A stretch of 64,000 nucleotides of DNA from Tricharina praecox (lineage: Eukaryota), in NCBI RefSeq assembly GCF_024521635.1, contig NW_026250403.1:1674001-1738000 (forward strand), given 5' to 3'. The notes under the pieces are model-generated. The model searched no databases. It was not told the origin of the DNA and saw only the letters and a program-made list of their open reading frames with translations. The position numbers were made by a program, and so were the translations under genes. Of the stretch, positions 14,249-27,457 are shown piece by piece; position 1 is the stretch's first letter, and each line of letters opens with the position of its first letter.

Positions 14249-16259
14249 ATGACGACGACCTTCATCCCTCCTACCGGATCCTTTACGTCGGACGTGGAAT
14301 CGGCGGAACGAGCGACGATGACGTCTTGGTTGACGGAGGAGAGGGTCCTGATGATGGTCAGTCCGGAGAAAAGAGCTGGGGGTTCGGGACTTCCAAGTCG
14401 GTGCTGATCGAGTCTCACACTCCCTACAGAACAATATGAGCGCTACGCTGGCTGGAATATCCGGGCTGTTCTGTTTGGTGGTGTTGGGCATCGTCGCGGT
14501 CCTCTACTCGAGACAAGAGACGCGAAAGGCATTGGATCGCCTGTCATTCAGATTGCTGGTGTACGCATTGGTTGCGGAGTGAGTGTCTTCCTTCTCAGTC
14601 TCAGTCTCCACTTCTGTCGTGTGGCGCGATGCATGGAAGGAGAAAAAAACTTCTGGAAGACAAGCTTACATCTGTGCGACTCTGCAGTGGTACGCTTTGC
14701 ACCCAAGCCAATCCCCAGAAAGAACATAACGGATCAAGAATCAATCGCTCACTTTTCCCCGGCTGTCGCTACAGTGATTTATAGCATCAGTTACATTATC
14801 TGTGTCAAAGTTTCGGGCGGGTTCTGGTGCGGTTGGTCTTCCTCAATCATCGCCCGTCGCTTTCGCTGTCGCTGACACCTGAAGTACAGTTGCTGGCCCA
14901 TGGTTGATCCAGTTCTGGCTCGGTGTCGCAAACTGGTTCATCCTGTGCATAGCCCTCAACCTGCAGCTCGTCCTCGTCCATTCGGTCGATGGCCTAATGC
15001 TCGAGAAATGGTTCGTGTCTTCCACCGACTAGGGCCTTCAAGATCGCTTGCTGACAAGGTTTATTCAAGGTATATCATCGTGCCAATTGCACTCAACCTC
15101 GCAATCAGCCTTCCACCATGTATGTTTCCTCCGTCCCTCCATCTTTCAACGACATTCACCGCCTAACAGGATCCGACCATAGTGATCAAGGGCAAATTCG
15201 GCTGGGATCCAGTCATTGGCGTATGCTGGTTGACCGACCACAGCGTGCACAACCGGCTGGTGTGGCAGATAGCAACACAGCTACTGTGGATCGTGCTGGC
15301 GGAGGTTATAACCATGCTATGTGCCGGCATCACAATTGCACATCTATATAAACACAAGGTATTTCCTCCGCTTCGTCCTCCGAGTGAACCATCCACTTAC
15401 AACCGCTACCGGGGGTGGACAGTTTACATCCCTCAAAGTCATCAAACGAGACTCTTCGCATCAGAGCTCTCACCTATCCAACAACTCCAACGGCAAAGGC
15501 AATGCCGACTTCCACGCCAACCTGGCCCGCAGAACCGCAAATAATCTGACCACGCAACGGGGCTTCCGCAACGTCATCGTGCGAATCTGTTCGTTCCCTC
15601 CCCTCCCCACCACTCTCTCCCACTAACCACCTCCAGCCCTCTACCCAATCGTAATGACAATCGTCAATATGATCATCACGATCGGGGACATCCGGATATC
15701 GACGGCGGGAATCCACACGAGCGAGGACTACTACCTATACGCGGTATACTACGGGCTGTACGGGGCGCGGGGGATCTTCTACGCGATCATGGCCGTTCTC
15801 GACCCGAGTTTCATGCGCGCAATCCGGATCTACCGCGGCGAAACCCTCGATAGCAGCCACCACTCGCAGTCGTGCACCGACACGGGCGCAGGCATCAGCG
15901 TGCACACCGAGACAAGGTTCGAGGAGGAGTTCGCCTCGCCGTCGCGCGGCGGCATCGATGTGGAAATGCAGCCTGTGGGACTCAGGACTAATGTTGTCGG
16001 TGGCAGCGGCGCCAATAACATTAATATTAACAATAATAACAACAACAGCGACGACGCGAGACATACCCATTGGGGAGCTGAGAGCGATGTCTCCGTCGAC
16101 TCGAGGATCAAGGAGTCCCCTGACGAGGAGGATACAAGCTCGATTGCGGACCTGACAAATGAGGCGCAGGGCGATAGGATACAGGAGATCCGCGGGCAGC
16201 AGAAGGAGCGCGCGAGGATGAGACATGAGGCCGAGAGAGAGTTTAAACGGCAGATTTAG
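14249..16259 (+). CDS. 7-TM GPCR-like membrane protein (cAMP-receptor/Git3-like), 9 exons
   Basis: Inferred exons: 14249-14356, 14430-14578, 14688-14689, 14775-14831, 14890-15010, 15070-15119, 15183-15358, 15423-15588, 15637-16259. All introns are GT-AG and the joined frame is open. It gives hydrophobic segments and motifs LDRLSFRLLVYAL, CIALNLQLVLVH, FGWDPVIGVCW, RISLYPIV, RGIFYA..DPSFMRA, then a polar C-terminal tail. Confidence 0.8.
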
Positions 16260-16570
16260 CCAGCGGGTCATGACTCTTTTTTTTCTTTTTAATATTTACT
16301 TGGTACATATCTCTTTGGCTTTTGGATTTTGGATTTTGGTTTGGTGTTTTTTGGGATAGACGGTTCGGGCAGGTTGGATTTCCTATTCATGGCAAGAAGC
16401 GTTTGTGTTGTGTTGTGTGTGTGAGCGGATTTCTGGCGGCATGGAATGTAGATATCATGGCGTGTTTTGAGCGTACGGATGTAGGTATGTGGATATCATG
16501 TATGTATGAGGTAGTAATGTAGTACGGTATGGGAACAAAACTCGGAGTGTCTTCGACAAGCTGGTAGCGG

Positions 16571-16615
16571 GAAGAAGAAGAAGAAGAAGAAGAAGAAGAA
16601 GAAGAAGAAGAAGAA
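16571..16615. repeat. (GAA)15 microsatellite
   Basis: Perfect trinucleotide run. Confidence 0.95.
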
Positions 16616-17371
16616 GACGATACCACAAATATCCACGAATCCAGCGGAAAGAAGGTTCAAGTGAGATCGGCAATGCGTTCCAACTTCGGCCAGTCTCCAC
16701 CGAATCAATCGTGCCCAAAGATGTGCACTATCTACTGTACTTGGTGGATCTTGGAGCCAGAGTGACTACTGGCGTGTCCCAGCGACCCGGTTCCGAGAAA
16801 GCCAAAGTGCTGATTTGCGTGGCAGCCTGGCAAGGAGGCCCGAGGGAGGGTTACTATAGATGTCGATCTCGTAGGTATGCACATACCTATTCTGCACTTG
16901 GTCGTGGGTCTGCTTTGACCGTGCACTCGCATGGCCAACCCGTACCACATCACAGAATATCACTCGCTCTTATCTTTGGAGCCAGTCAAAGTCAATGGAC
17001 CTGCCGAGTAGAAGCTGGCTGGAAAGGTCGGGAAGTTAGTGGTCGCCATAGTCTAGATAGGTAGGCTGCATGCGAAATAAACTGAAGATCTCTCTCTCTC
17101 CGAGTGGAAATATAGTATCAACTCATCTGGTTGAATCCCAATGACTGCGAAGAAAAAAAAGAAAGAAAAAAAAAGAACGATTCCCAGAACACCAAACAAA
17201 ACACCTCCCATCCCATCAATGGACCAGCTCCCACATCAATCAACATACCTAAGTAACGTAAGTCAAGAACGAGAGTTATTACTACTAATCTCTAATCTCT
17301 CAGCTGCAGCTCCGCTCCAACATCCCATACATCCCATATACCCAAACATCTCTACCTATCTAGGTAGTTAT

Positions 17372-19266
17372 TTAAATCTCCGAAGTATCACTAATAATAA
17401 CCATTCCAGCGACCGACGCACTAGTGAGCGTTGAGATAGCGCCAGAGAGCAGAGCGGAGATGGCAACACGACTGACGTCTCCGCCACGGCCGGGGGCCAC
17501 CTGCTGGAGCACTCCGATTTGCGTTCCGAGACTGCCAATGTTCGCGAAGCCGCAGAGCGCGTAGGTGGCGATCAGGCGGGAGCGCTGCGTCAGGTTCGCG
17601 TAGAGCGGGTTGCTTTGGAGCGCAATGTAGGCGACGAATTCGTTGGCTGGGGAATGTTAGTGAACTATTCTGTTGGAGGGAGGGTGATGAGGGGGAGCAT
17701 ACCGATGAGCTTGAGGCCGATGAGTTGGGCTACGCGGTAGATGTCGTCGCCGTGTCGGGAGACACCGAGGAGGAAGGAGACGGGGTACAGCAGGTAGCCG
17801 AGGATCATCTCGAGAGTGAGGCCGTCGGAGATGTTGAGGTAATACCCCCACCAGCTGAGAAGGGCGTCGATCAGCGCGATGAAGGCGATAATGCACATCT
17901 GCGTGCCCATGATCATGGCCGCGATCTTCAGACCTAGCCAGGTACCGTTGGCAAATGCATGCAGTCCGTTCGCAGCCTCGTCCGTGTCATCGTGGGGGAC
18001 CGAGACGTGGCCAGCGGTCAACGGCTCCTCGGTCTCGGGGTAGCGCAGCTTGGAGACGGCGAGGGATGCCGGGATCGACATGACGCAGGACGAGATGAGC
18101 GCCTGGGGGTCGATTCCCATCGCGAGGTAGGCGACGAGGACGGATCCGGCGATAGTTGCGAAACCGGAGCACATGACTTGGTGGAGCTCGGCCATGGTGA
18201 GGTGAGGAACGAAAGGCTTGATCAACATGGCAGATTCTCCCTGACCAATGAAGGGAGACGCAGCAGCCACAACGGCCTCCGCCCCGGAAACCTTCATGGA
18301 CCAGAAGAAGAACTTTGCGAACTTTCCGATGAACCAGTGCAGAATATGGTAGTAGTACAGCAGCTGGACCAGCGCGATGAAGAAGACGATTGCCGGCAGC
18401 ACCGAGAAGAAAAAGTATCCCAGGTTGGCAATCTCCTCGTTGGTCAGGAACGCGACACCGTCCTTCGCGAAGCCGAGAAGCGAGCGGGCGAGAGTCGATA
18501 CAAAGTTGAAGATGTCGTAGCCGACGCCGGTGCGCAGGACGAACAGTGCGATGATGAACTGCATCAGCATGCCGACGATGACGGTATGCCATTTGATGGC
18601 AGCCCTGTTGCGGGACGTCGCCCACAGGACGAAGATGAAGACCACCAGGCCCAGACAGGAGATGGCACGGTCAGCGCGAGTGTTCTGCTCGGTCTCCTTC
18701 GAGACGAACGATCCAACCAGATATGTCGCGACCACGATCGCTGCTGCGCCAGGGATGCGCCATTTCTCTGGGACCGCCTTCATGACTCGGACGCCGGTTT
18801 GCTTCCAGACGAATCGCAGGGGAACCATCACCAGGCGCGCCTGAACGTAGAAAGTGAGGACTCGGAGAGCCACGCAGAGCCACAGAAGAAATGGAACGAC
18901 CCAATTCTTGTCATTCCTGTGCAAGACCAAACTCGCGATCCACCAGCTATGGATTTCCCCTCATGTCAGCGATTGTTTGGGCTGTAGGCATTCGCGCCGA
19001 CGAGAGACCAACCCAGTAAACAAACACAGCCAGGAAGCTCTGAGAATGTGTTTCATGTGATATTTCTGGTACCACCCGTCTTTCTTCTCGACCTCGGGGA
19101 CATTCCTCTGGCCTTCGATATCCCTCCCCTCCTTCAGGCTGCTTCTCAACGAGCCGTCCGCCGTTGTTTCGGTCCGCTTCTCGTCGGGATACGCAGGAGC
19201 CATTGCGGCCGTAGGAGCCGAAGCGTAGCGATCCGCCGGATGCTGGTGGTCAATGTTGTCGGTCAT
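17372..19266 (-). CDS. CNT1: Concentrative H+/nucleoside cotransporter (CNT/SLC28 family)
   Basis: Exons 19266-19013, 18946-17703, 17646-17372. CNT motifs ASPFIGQGES, GFATIAGSVL, CVMSIPASLA, NEFVAY, YALCGFAN. Confidence 0.93.
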
Positions 19267-21386
19267 TCTTGGCTGGCGGATTCGCAGGTTATGCTTCGAG
19301 AAACGGCGGCGGGGAGGAAGAGGTGGAGCGGTGGAGCGGTGCGAAAGCCCAGCCTGCGAGAAAGTCTGATTGCAATAAGCAGTCGAGAACCTGCGCACGC
19401 GTACGTATGAGCACGAAAGGCAATAAGGATTGGACTGAACGGAACGCAGCTAACGAAAAGAAGAGAAAAAGATTGGCCGCGGGGGGAGACGTTCCGAGTA
19501 TTATAGTCTGGTGGCCGGCCAGTGTCCGGCCACCATATTCGGGCAGTCCTGGGTATGCCCCACGATAGATAGATTGCCGCTCTTCGGAGTTTCGTGCTAC
19601 CACGCTCGCGCACGCACACGACCAGCTTCCCTGGCTCTCCCCTGCCAGTTGCCACTAGCTGGGCAGGCACGGCACCGGCCGAAACCCTGGTGCGTGCGTT
19701 CGATAGGAAGGCGCGATATAGGCGCACACTCTACACACTCTTGATATCTACAGACTCCACATGGCCTTGAGGGATCAACCCCCCCACAACCCCCCGGCAG
19801 ATGGCCACTCTGAATCAGCTACTTGGGCTGCCTGCCTCGATCGATACGTGAGAGTTACCGTATCTACACCCGTACCGGCGTTGGAATCTCTTCATGCGAG
19901 GGTACTGATAGTTTATCGGACAGGCGACAAGCATCCGGAGCTTTGCCTGGCGGGTGAGGCGATGACCGTCGGCTCCCGCGCGGGGAGTAAGCTTCTGCAT
20001 GTTCGATCACATACACGAGGGGCCCGAGTAAGTATCCAGCATCCCCCCACTCGGGACGATGCCATCCCACTGATGCCCTGACATTCCAGCATCTCCCTAT
20101 CTCACAAGCTCTGCACGGTATGGTACCATGAGTGTCTCCACATCCAACTGCCCGACGGCACTGAATCTTTGCGGCGGCGGTCCGATCGGTGCTGCAAACA
20201 GATTACTCGCCTGACTCTCCGCATATCTGATAATAAGCGGGCAGGCAGCAGGCAGGTAGGCTTCTCTATCAGTCCGGTTCAACCTGCACATTCTCTCTGG
20301 CCACTGCTCGAACCTCATCCGCTCCGAAAAGCTGGAAGTCGATATTTGCCGTCGACGGCGATTTGATTGACGGTGGACCCTACGAGCCAATTAACTAGCA
20401 TTTTCACCGGTGTCTCTCTATCGCAGCTTTACCGCCTGCCGACTTCAGACAGGCGCTTCGATTGAACGGCGTCTTCACATGTCGTTCTGGCCGTTAGGCT
20501 GCAGCCACCCACCTTCCCGCTTGGGCTCGCCAACAGTTTATCTGCACTGCACAGAATCGACTGGTGGAGACACAAAACTGCTTATTTATTTGTGTCGATG
20601 GTTGCTCAAGTGCCCAGCCCGTGGCTGGTCTTCTGAGCACTCTATAACCCTTCAAATCACTCCCGTCTCAGGTCAGCGGAGATGATGATACCCTGAAGTA
20701 AGTAAGTGAGCGCCGATAGGAGGATGCCTGGAATGTGCTGGTATTTGAGCTTCCGTTTCTTTTGAGTACACAGAGAGGGGGATTCTCGATGTCTTCTCGC
20801 ACGAAGTGCAGAGTCGTTCAGTCGTTCAGTCGTTCAGTACCTAGTTCCGGAGGGCGCGGCGGGGTGACGTTATCGGGCATTTCTTTTTGCTTTTTAACGT
20901 TGTTGGGAGGCGTTCATTTCGCGCTTCTTCCAACGTCCCTTTTGCTTTTTTCCCCTCGGACGACCGACCGACGAAACTTGGTTCGATTCGGAGTGCCCGC
21001 TTCCCATGGGTTCTCATGATGTCGAACGAACGTATGTGCTCTACATATGCCCAGCTTTGTCGTGCTCTCTCACAGCCCTGGGACTCGCTCTCGCACCCGC
21101 ACCACATCTCTTCTCCGATACCGGTATCCAGACCACGGGTTAGTGGTAAATAGTTGGACTGTTCCTAGTTTCGCTAGCAACAAGCGTTGCAAGCCAACTT
21201 CGTGGCTCTCTCTCTAAAGTTTCTAGGCTCTTTCTCGGAACGACTCCGATCGACGGTTCTCATCCGTGTTCTCGAAGGGAAGTCGAAGAACATAATCGCC
21301 AATTCCCGTCTCTCCTCATTTTGCGGGGCCCAGTCCAGCCTGCCCTACGTTCACCGACTGCATGTCTCACCACCACCCCTTTGGCC

Positions 21387-21460
21387 ACACTGCAACACTG
21401 CAACACTGCAACACTGCAACACTGCAACACTGCAACACTGCAACACTGCAACACTGCAAC
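21387..21460. repeat. 8-bp tandem repeat (ACACTGCA)x9
   Basis: Nine perfect copies in the CNT/deaminase intergenic region. Confidence 0.95.
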
Positions 21461-23378
21461 TTTGAGGTAGAGTAGGTATCCTCCCGAAGAATGGGTTTCT
21501 CGCCACCCGATTCGTTGTAGCTTTGTAACTTCGGAACGGCCTACGGGGGATGCAGTTCTCCCTTACATACATGCCGTACATGGGGGAGGGAGAGAGGGAG
21601 GTTGGACGTTTGGAGGCCTACTGCTTGGGTCTAGAATCTAAAATATTGCTCTACTATGTGCAGTAGGTAGATATTTGGCTTCACTCTTAAAGGCCTGCGG
21701 TCAACACAACAAGGGGGGATGCATTCCAGTCCCATGAACCTCCCTTGGCCAGCCCGAACGTGAATACTACTCTACCGGTATGTAGGAACCGCCCTCCTAC
21801 CGTGGGTAAAGTACTTTCCTCGCATCCCATCACCCGGTGTTTCTTATTCCGAGCAGGACGATACGATATCCCACATACCGGTAGAGTACTGAGTAGAGTA
21901 TTGATCGTAGCGCAGGCGAGTTCCGCCTGACAGGGAGGGGAGGAGAGGAGCCAGAAAATGGGAACCTGGCGGAGTGGAGACAGGAACCTGGATAGGAAGG
22001 AGGAGGGAGGGAGAGAGAGAGAGCAAGCAAGCAAGCAGAAGGCGGGAATGGATTTGGAGTAGAGTAGGTATGTATGTGGGAGAGTGGCTGGCTCTGGTCG
22101 GGGCGTTTTGCAACTCCGTCCTACAAAGCAGCACGGGGATTAGTATAATAGGTACCGGTAGGTAACGCTCAGCATCAGGAAGTATCGCAAGCTGATGGAT
22201 TTCGATGCGTACATATGTACCAAACTTCACATCCCGATCTTCAGCTGCATGCCATGAAGATGTTTCGATGCCGTTGAAACTTCAGCCGCACTGCAAATCA
22301 GGTCCATTCCAACGTTGAACGGGTGCCACCCCCACAGCGTCACGCTCGCTTTGGCTGGTAGCCGCGTATGGACGTCGACAGTGGGCGTTGGCGCCTATAG
22401 CAGCGGATCTGAGGGGCTGAATGGCAGTGTCCTCTCACGTCGTTCTTCGCACAGTATGTACACCACATACTGCATCGGAGGAATTGGCTTCGACAACGCA
22501 TCAGCCTGCCAACGTTCAGGTAAACGGACAGGTCCCAGCTTCCCAAGTACATATCAGCCTCGGACGACCAAGTCCGTCCACGTCCACACCCACGTCCACA
22601 GCTCCCCACCGCCCAAGCGGATGCGGAAGCCTTCCAATCCCCATTCTCACGATGCACTTACGTACCGACTTCACTGGCCGCTAAAAAGCCAAAGCCATGC
22701 TGTCTGCATGACACAAACGGGCCCTTGCCCCTCGATCGTGATCTCGTGCTCCCCTCCAACCAATAATGTTCCGCCTCCGGGCCTCCCCACGTCTCTGTCC
22801 GGACGAGAGCTCTCAATCCACCCTTAAACGGAAGCCTCCCCTCGCTCAATTCCCATCCAGAAAAGAAAAATGCGGGGAACCTGGTGGCCGTGGAGTAGGT
22901 AGCGTGGCCATGACTCTGTGGGTTCCCAGCGGAATTCGCCGTTTGTATAGTAGATTGCCTGCCTGCCTGCGTACTGTGCTTAGTTACGCAGGGGAAGGTG
23001 AAAGAGAAAGAAAGAAAGAAAGAAAGAAAGGAAAAAAAAAGTTCAGAGTTTAATATAGAGTATAGGTGCACCCCTCTGGGCCTTTGTTCGATTGACTCAT
23101 GACGCCCGCGTTTCGTGAAGATCGTCGTTGCTGCTGCTGCTAGAGTAATCATTCCATTCGCATCGAAGGAAGAAGGAACTGGACGCGTTGAGCTGTCGAA
23201 CTATTGGACGGGACTGAGTCAAAGCCACTGCGGGTGGTGCCTGGCGAGGGTTTATTAGCTCCCCCAGGGCCTCCTTTTCACTGATCTCCCCTCCATTGCT
23301 TCCCCCACCACTCACTCACTCACTCACTCACTCACTCATCCACCCCGCTCCGCATATATATACGACACATAGAGTACG

Positions 23379-25166
23379 ATGGCAACCAACGGCATCGCCG
23401 CGAATAGCGTCCTGACGCTGCAGGAGGAAATTGCAGAGTACGAAGCTCAGCGTGCGGCTCTGGTCGAAAAGGAGAAGAGTCTGAGACATGGTACGTTCCT
23501 CCATCACTTCACCTTCTTCCCCTCCACCGCCCATCCCAGGGATGCGGAGAGCTAAGCGGGGCCATAGACTACGCCTTCCGCCAACGACTCTCCCCAACCG
23601 CGAAGAAGGCCGCGGCAATCGTCTCGAAGATCCGGAAATGGGAGGCCGAGAATGTGTGGAGAAAAGTCGAGGAGGATGAGGGAGACGTGTTCCCCGGCAT
23701 GTGCTTCACGCTGGCGAAGGGGAGGATGGAGAATTCGCTGCTCTGGAAGGTGGTCAAGAGGTTTCCCAAGGGTGCTCTGCTGCATGCCCATTTGGAAGCT
23801 ATGGTGGACAGTGGGTGTCCCCTTTTCCGCGCTCTTGAGGAGGTGTATGCTGACGGCGTTGAGTGAAGTGGACTGGCTCCTCGACCGTGCTCTGGAGACG
23901 GAGGGCGTTCATATCTACTCTGATATGCCATTGACGCAGGAGAACCTCTATGCTGCTATGTTCGAGTTCGAGTACTCGGCGGTTACGCAGACTAGCAGTG
24001 AGTCGATCTACAGCAGCGCCTACAAACCAGCAACGAAGATCCCCCTCGTCATCGCCGTCGACTCGTTCCCATGCGCCGCCACCACGACCCCGCGCGACGC
24101 CTTCCGCGCCTGGTTCAAGACGCGCACGACCATCACACCGGAGGAATCAATGAAGCACCACGAGGGGATCAACCTGATCTGGGCGAAGTTCCAAAGCGTA
24201 TTCCGCGTGATCCACGGCATAATCTACTACGAGCCAATCTTCCGTCGATTCGTCCGCGAGATCCTCGAGAACGTGCACGCCGACGGCTGCAAGTGGGCCG
24301 ACATCCGCCTCGCATTCCTGATGCAGCTGCGCGCCACGACCACGGGCGAGATCCTGCCGCGCCACGAGGTGGTCCGCATCTTCGGCGAGGTGGTCGCGGG
24401 CTACGTCGCCGAGATGAACGGCGAGTTCTGGGGCAGCCGGATTATCTGGACACAGGTGCGCGCGTTCGAGGCGGACGCGATCCTCGCCAGCATGCACGAG
24501 TGCATCGACGCCAAGAAGCGCCACCCGCACATCATCTCCGGCTTCGATCTGGTCGCGCAGGAAGACAAGGGCCGCAGCTTGCACTCGCATCTCCCGGAGC
24601 TCCTGCAGTTCCGCCGGCTGTGCGCAGACGCCGGCGTCGACATCCCGCTATACCTGCACGCGGGCGAGACCCTCGGCGACGGCACAGAGACGGACGATAA
24701 CCTCTTCGACGCCGTGCTGCTGGGCGCAAAGCGCATCGGCCATGGTTACTCAATGTATAAGCACCCGCACTTGATGCGGCTCAGCAGGGAACAGGGCATC
24801 TGCCTCGAGGTCTGCCCGATCTCTAACGAGATCCTGCGGCTCACCGCGAGCATCATGCAGCATCCGCTGCCTGCGGTCATGGCCCACGGTGTGCCCGTCA
24901 GCATCAACAACGATGACCCCGGAATCCTGGGACAGCTCAAGACGGGCAGCATGACGCACGACTTCTGGCAGGTGCTGCAGGCGTACGACAATGTGGGCCT
25001 CGAGGGACTGGGAGATCTTGCGGAAACGGGCGTTAGGTTCGCGGCTTTCGATGGTGTTCCGGTCGGTGTCGAGGAGGGAATCAGGAAGCAGAGATTGCAC
25101 TTGTGGAGGGACGAGTGGGAACGGTTCTGTGCGTGGGTCTGTGAGGAATTTCAAGAGTGGGCTTGA
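23379..25166 (+). CDS. Adenosine deaminase, ADGF/CECR1 (ADA2)-like
   Basis: Exons 23379-23490, 23568-23810, 23869-25166. Motifs PKGALLHAH, GFDLVAQED, HAGET, RIGHG, EVCPISN, NNDDP. Confidence 0.92.
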
Positions 25167-25392
25167 TTTTGTAGGCAGTAGTGAGTTGCATAGGCAGGTT
25201 AGAGTAGAGGGATACCCGGAGCATACATAGCATATGATGAATTAGAGCCACGCGCAGTACCTAGTAATGACTACAAACGTCCCGTTCGATTTTCAATACA
25301 ATACAGTGGAGCAGTATTTACCCGCAAACCAACCCAACCCAACCAACCCATCTTTTGCATTCCCCTTACGCACAAACGCACACACAAACAAA

Positions 25393-25847
25393 CTACAACT
25401 TCGCCGCGGGCTTCCTCGCACTCTTGAGCACGACCTCGGCCTTAGTCGCCTTCATAACATCGCCCTTAACCTTCAACTTGCCGGTCATGAACATGCGCTG
25501 GGCCTGAACCTTCCCATCAACCAGCTTCTGGAAGTCCTCGTCGGCCATGCTCATGGTGACATCGCTCTTTTCGGGCACGCCCTGCGCGACTGCCCCACTC
25601 TCTTTCAGGTCGATGTTCCAGCTCGCGGTCGCCCCGGACGAATTCTTGAGCGTGAACACGAATACTCCGTTTGCTGCCTTGATCGCCGAGGCGCGCGCAG
25701 AGGGGTTGGAAAGGGCTGCGGAGATCAGGTCGAATGTACCCGAGGAGGGGAAGGCGGCTGGAAGAGGGGCGGGCGTTAGCTAGAGCTCGATTGTAGTGGA
25801 TGGGAGGGGGAACGGGGAACGGGGGACAAACGGTCGGCGAGGGTCAT
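25393..25847 (-). CDS. SCP2 sterol carrier / fatty-acid-binding protein, probably peroxisomal
   Basis: Short exon 1 (MTLAD), then an intron with CTAAC...CAG, then FPSSGTFDLI...AQRMFMTGKLKVKGDVMKA. The C-terminal AKL is a PTS1-type signal. Confidence 0.9.
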
Positions 25848-27457
25848 GGTTGCTGCGGTTGTACTTTGGAGGTAGCTTGAGTAGGTGCTTCGTGTGGTTT
25901 TTGTGATTGTGCTTGAGCGTGGTGTCTATGTCGTGTATGGTTCTTGGTGCTGTGAGAGGGAGGGAGAGGGAAGGAGATGGTAGAGTGTTCTTATGTACTG
26001 GTACTAGGTATATCGATCCCGGAGCTCGGAGGTCGCGCGACCGATAGATACTATGTAGGTATGGTGCCTACTGCCGGGGGGTTTCGGTTCACATGTCAGG
26101 AGTTAGGACTGTTGGGCGTCACTCGCCGAGAAGCTATCGCCGAGAGAGAGGAAGAGGTGGAAATGGACATGTGGAGATAGGTGGATCACACATGATGAGA
26201 GAAGAACGTGTTTCTACATGCATATGCTCGGCGGTCAGATGAGACGATCCGGAGATGGAGAAAACATGACGTGATGCTACAGCTGTGCGTTCCCTGGCTC
26301 GTCATGTCGCTTACTAACCCATCTACTCTACTCGTCACTCGTGGACCTTCAACAACGTGCTGCAATTCAAAAGGTCAGACACCGCGAGAGTAAAAGCAAC
26401 AAAAAAAAATTACGGTACCAGGGATTCCCGCATGGTCACCCACTGCAGTACTAACCTGGCGATACCTTGTGGAGCGCGTCAACTACTGCAAGATACTTAG
26501 AATTGGGTGTAGGACCACAGTATGTACGCCAAACTTCACAGCCGTCACCGTTGCCAGCTCCCAGTCGTTGAGCCTTGGGCCAGTGCACACTACAAGATCC
26601 GTCACCTCGATATATCAATTCATTGTATTTCACTTCCAGACCAGCTAGTCAACCCAAAACCGGCGTCCTAATCAGCTCCCTATCAGCAGCCCGTGCCTTC
26701 TCTCCCAGTAACTTCGACTCAGCCAACAACCTCAGTCTTTTCCTCAACGGGCCTGATCCCCTCGGCCGTTTGGGCGGGGGATTGATGGGAATAGTATACC
26801 GCTGCGGCCGGCAGGTGGACACTATGTACCACGTCTCGTAGGTGGCATGGTGGCGGGCGTGGTTCGGGCGGAAGTAGGTCGTCTATCTGCGTGGAGGACG
26901 GGCGGGAGCCGTAGGGGTGGGGGAGAGGGGAGGCGAGAGTGAGAGCGGGTGCATGTTTCTTAATGAATGTAAGTTTCTCGGGGTGGATCATATGGGAGGG
27001 GTGGGGCGAGAGGATATGAGGGCCGGGTGTGCGAGTTGATGGGGATTCATCTTGGGCTGGCGATTGGATTAATACCAGATTCGGGAGCTCCTCCTTCGAT
27101 TCTATCACGGTGCGTACCGTACCTAGTATGTACAACGAAAGCAATACATATGCGTATAGACGTACACGGGCAACGGGATTCAAGCTGGCATCAATCGTGT
27201 CAAACAGCAATCATGCAAATCTCACGCCCCCAACCCATCCTCAACCCATCTCGGCCCAACCGAACCCAGCTGCGGTGATGCAGATACAAAAGGAAAACAA
27301 TGGAGATAGAAATAGGGAGAGGGAGTCCAGGCACAGCGTCATGGCGTGGAGAAAAACAAACCGTAAAGAAAACACAAAAAGAAAAGGGTAACGGCCAATA
27401 AAAAAACACACATTGCACAAAGACTTCTAGATACTGGATGCAAACTCATCTCCATTC

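Noticed and set aside
17959-18987. Long antisense or alternate-frame ORFs over CNT, and similarly over YME1, THI6, the deaminase and the F-box gene
   Set aside because: Shadow ORFs caused by GC-rich codon bias of the real genes.
19267-23378. UaY/Ppr1 site (TCGG-N6-CCGA) in the CNT/deaminase intergenic region
   Set aside because: Only near misses with N4, N7 or N8 spacing were noticed (about 20957 and 21235).
26719-27210. 163-aa minus-strand ORF between SCP2 and YME1
   Set aside because: Non-ATG start, low-complexity sequence and no recognisable domain.
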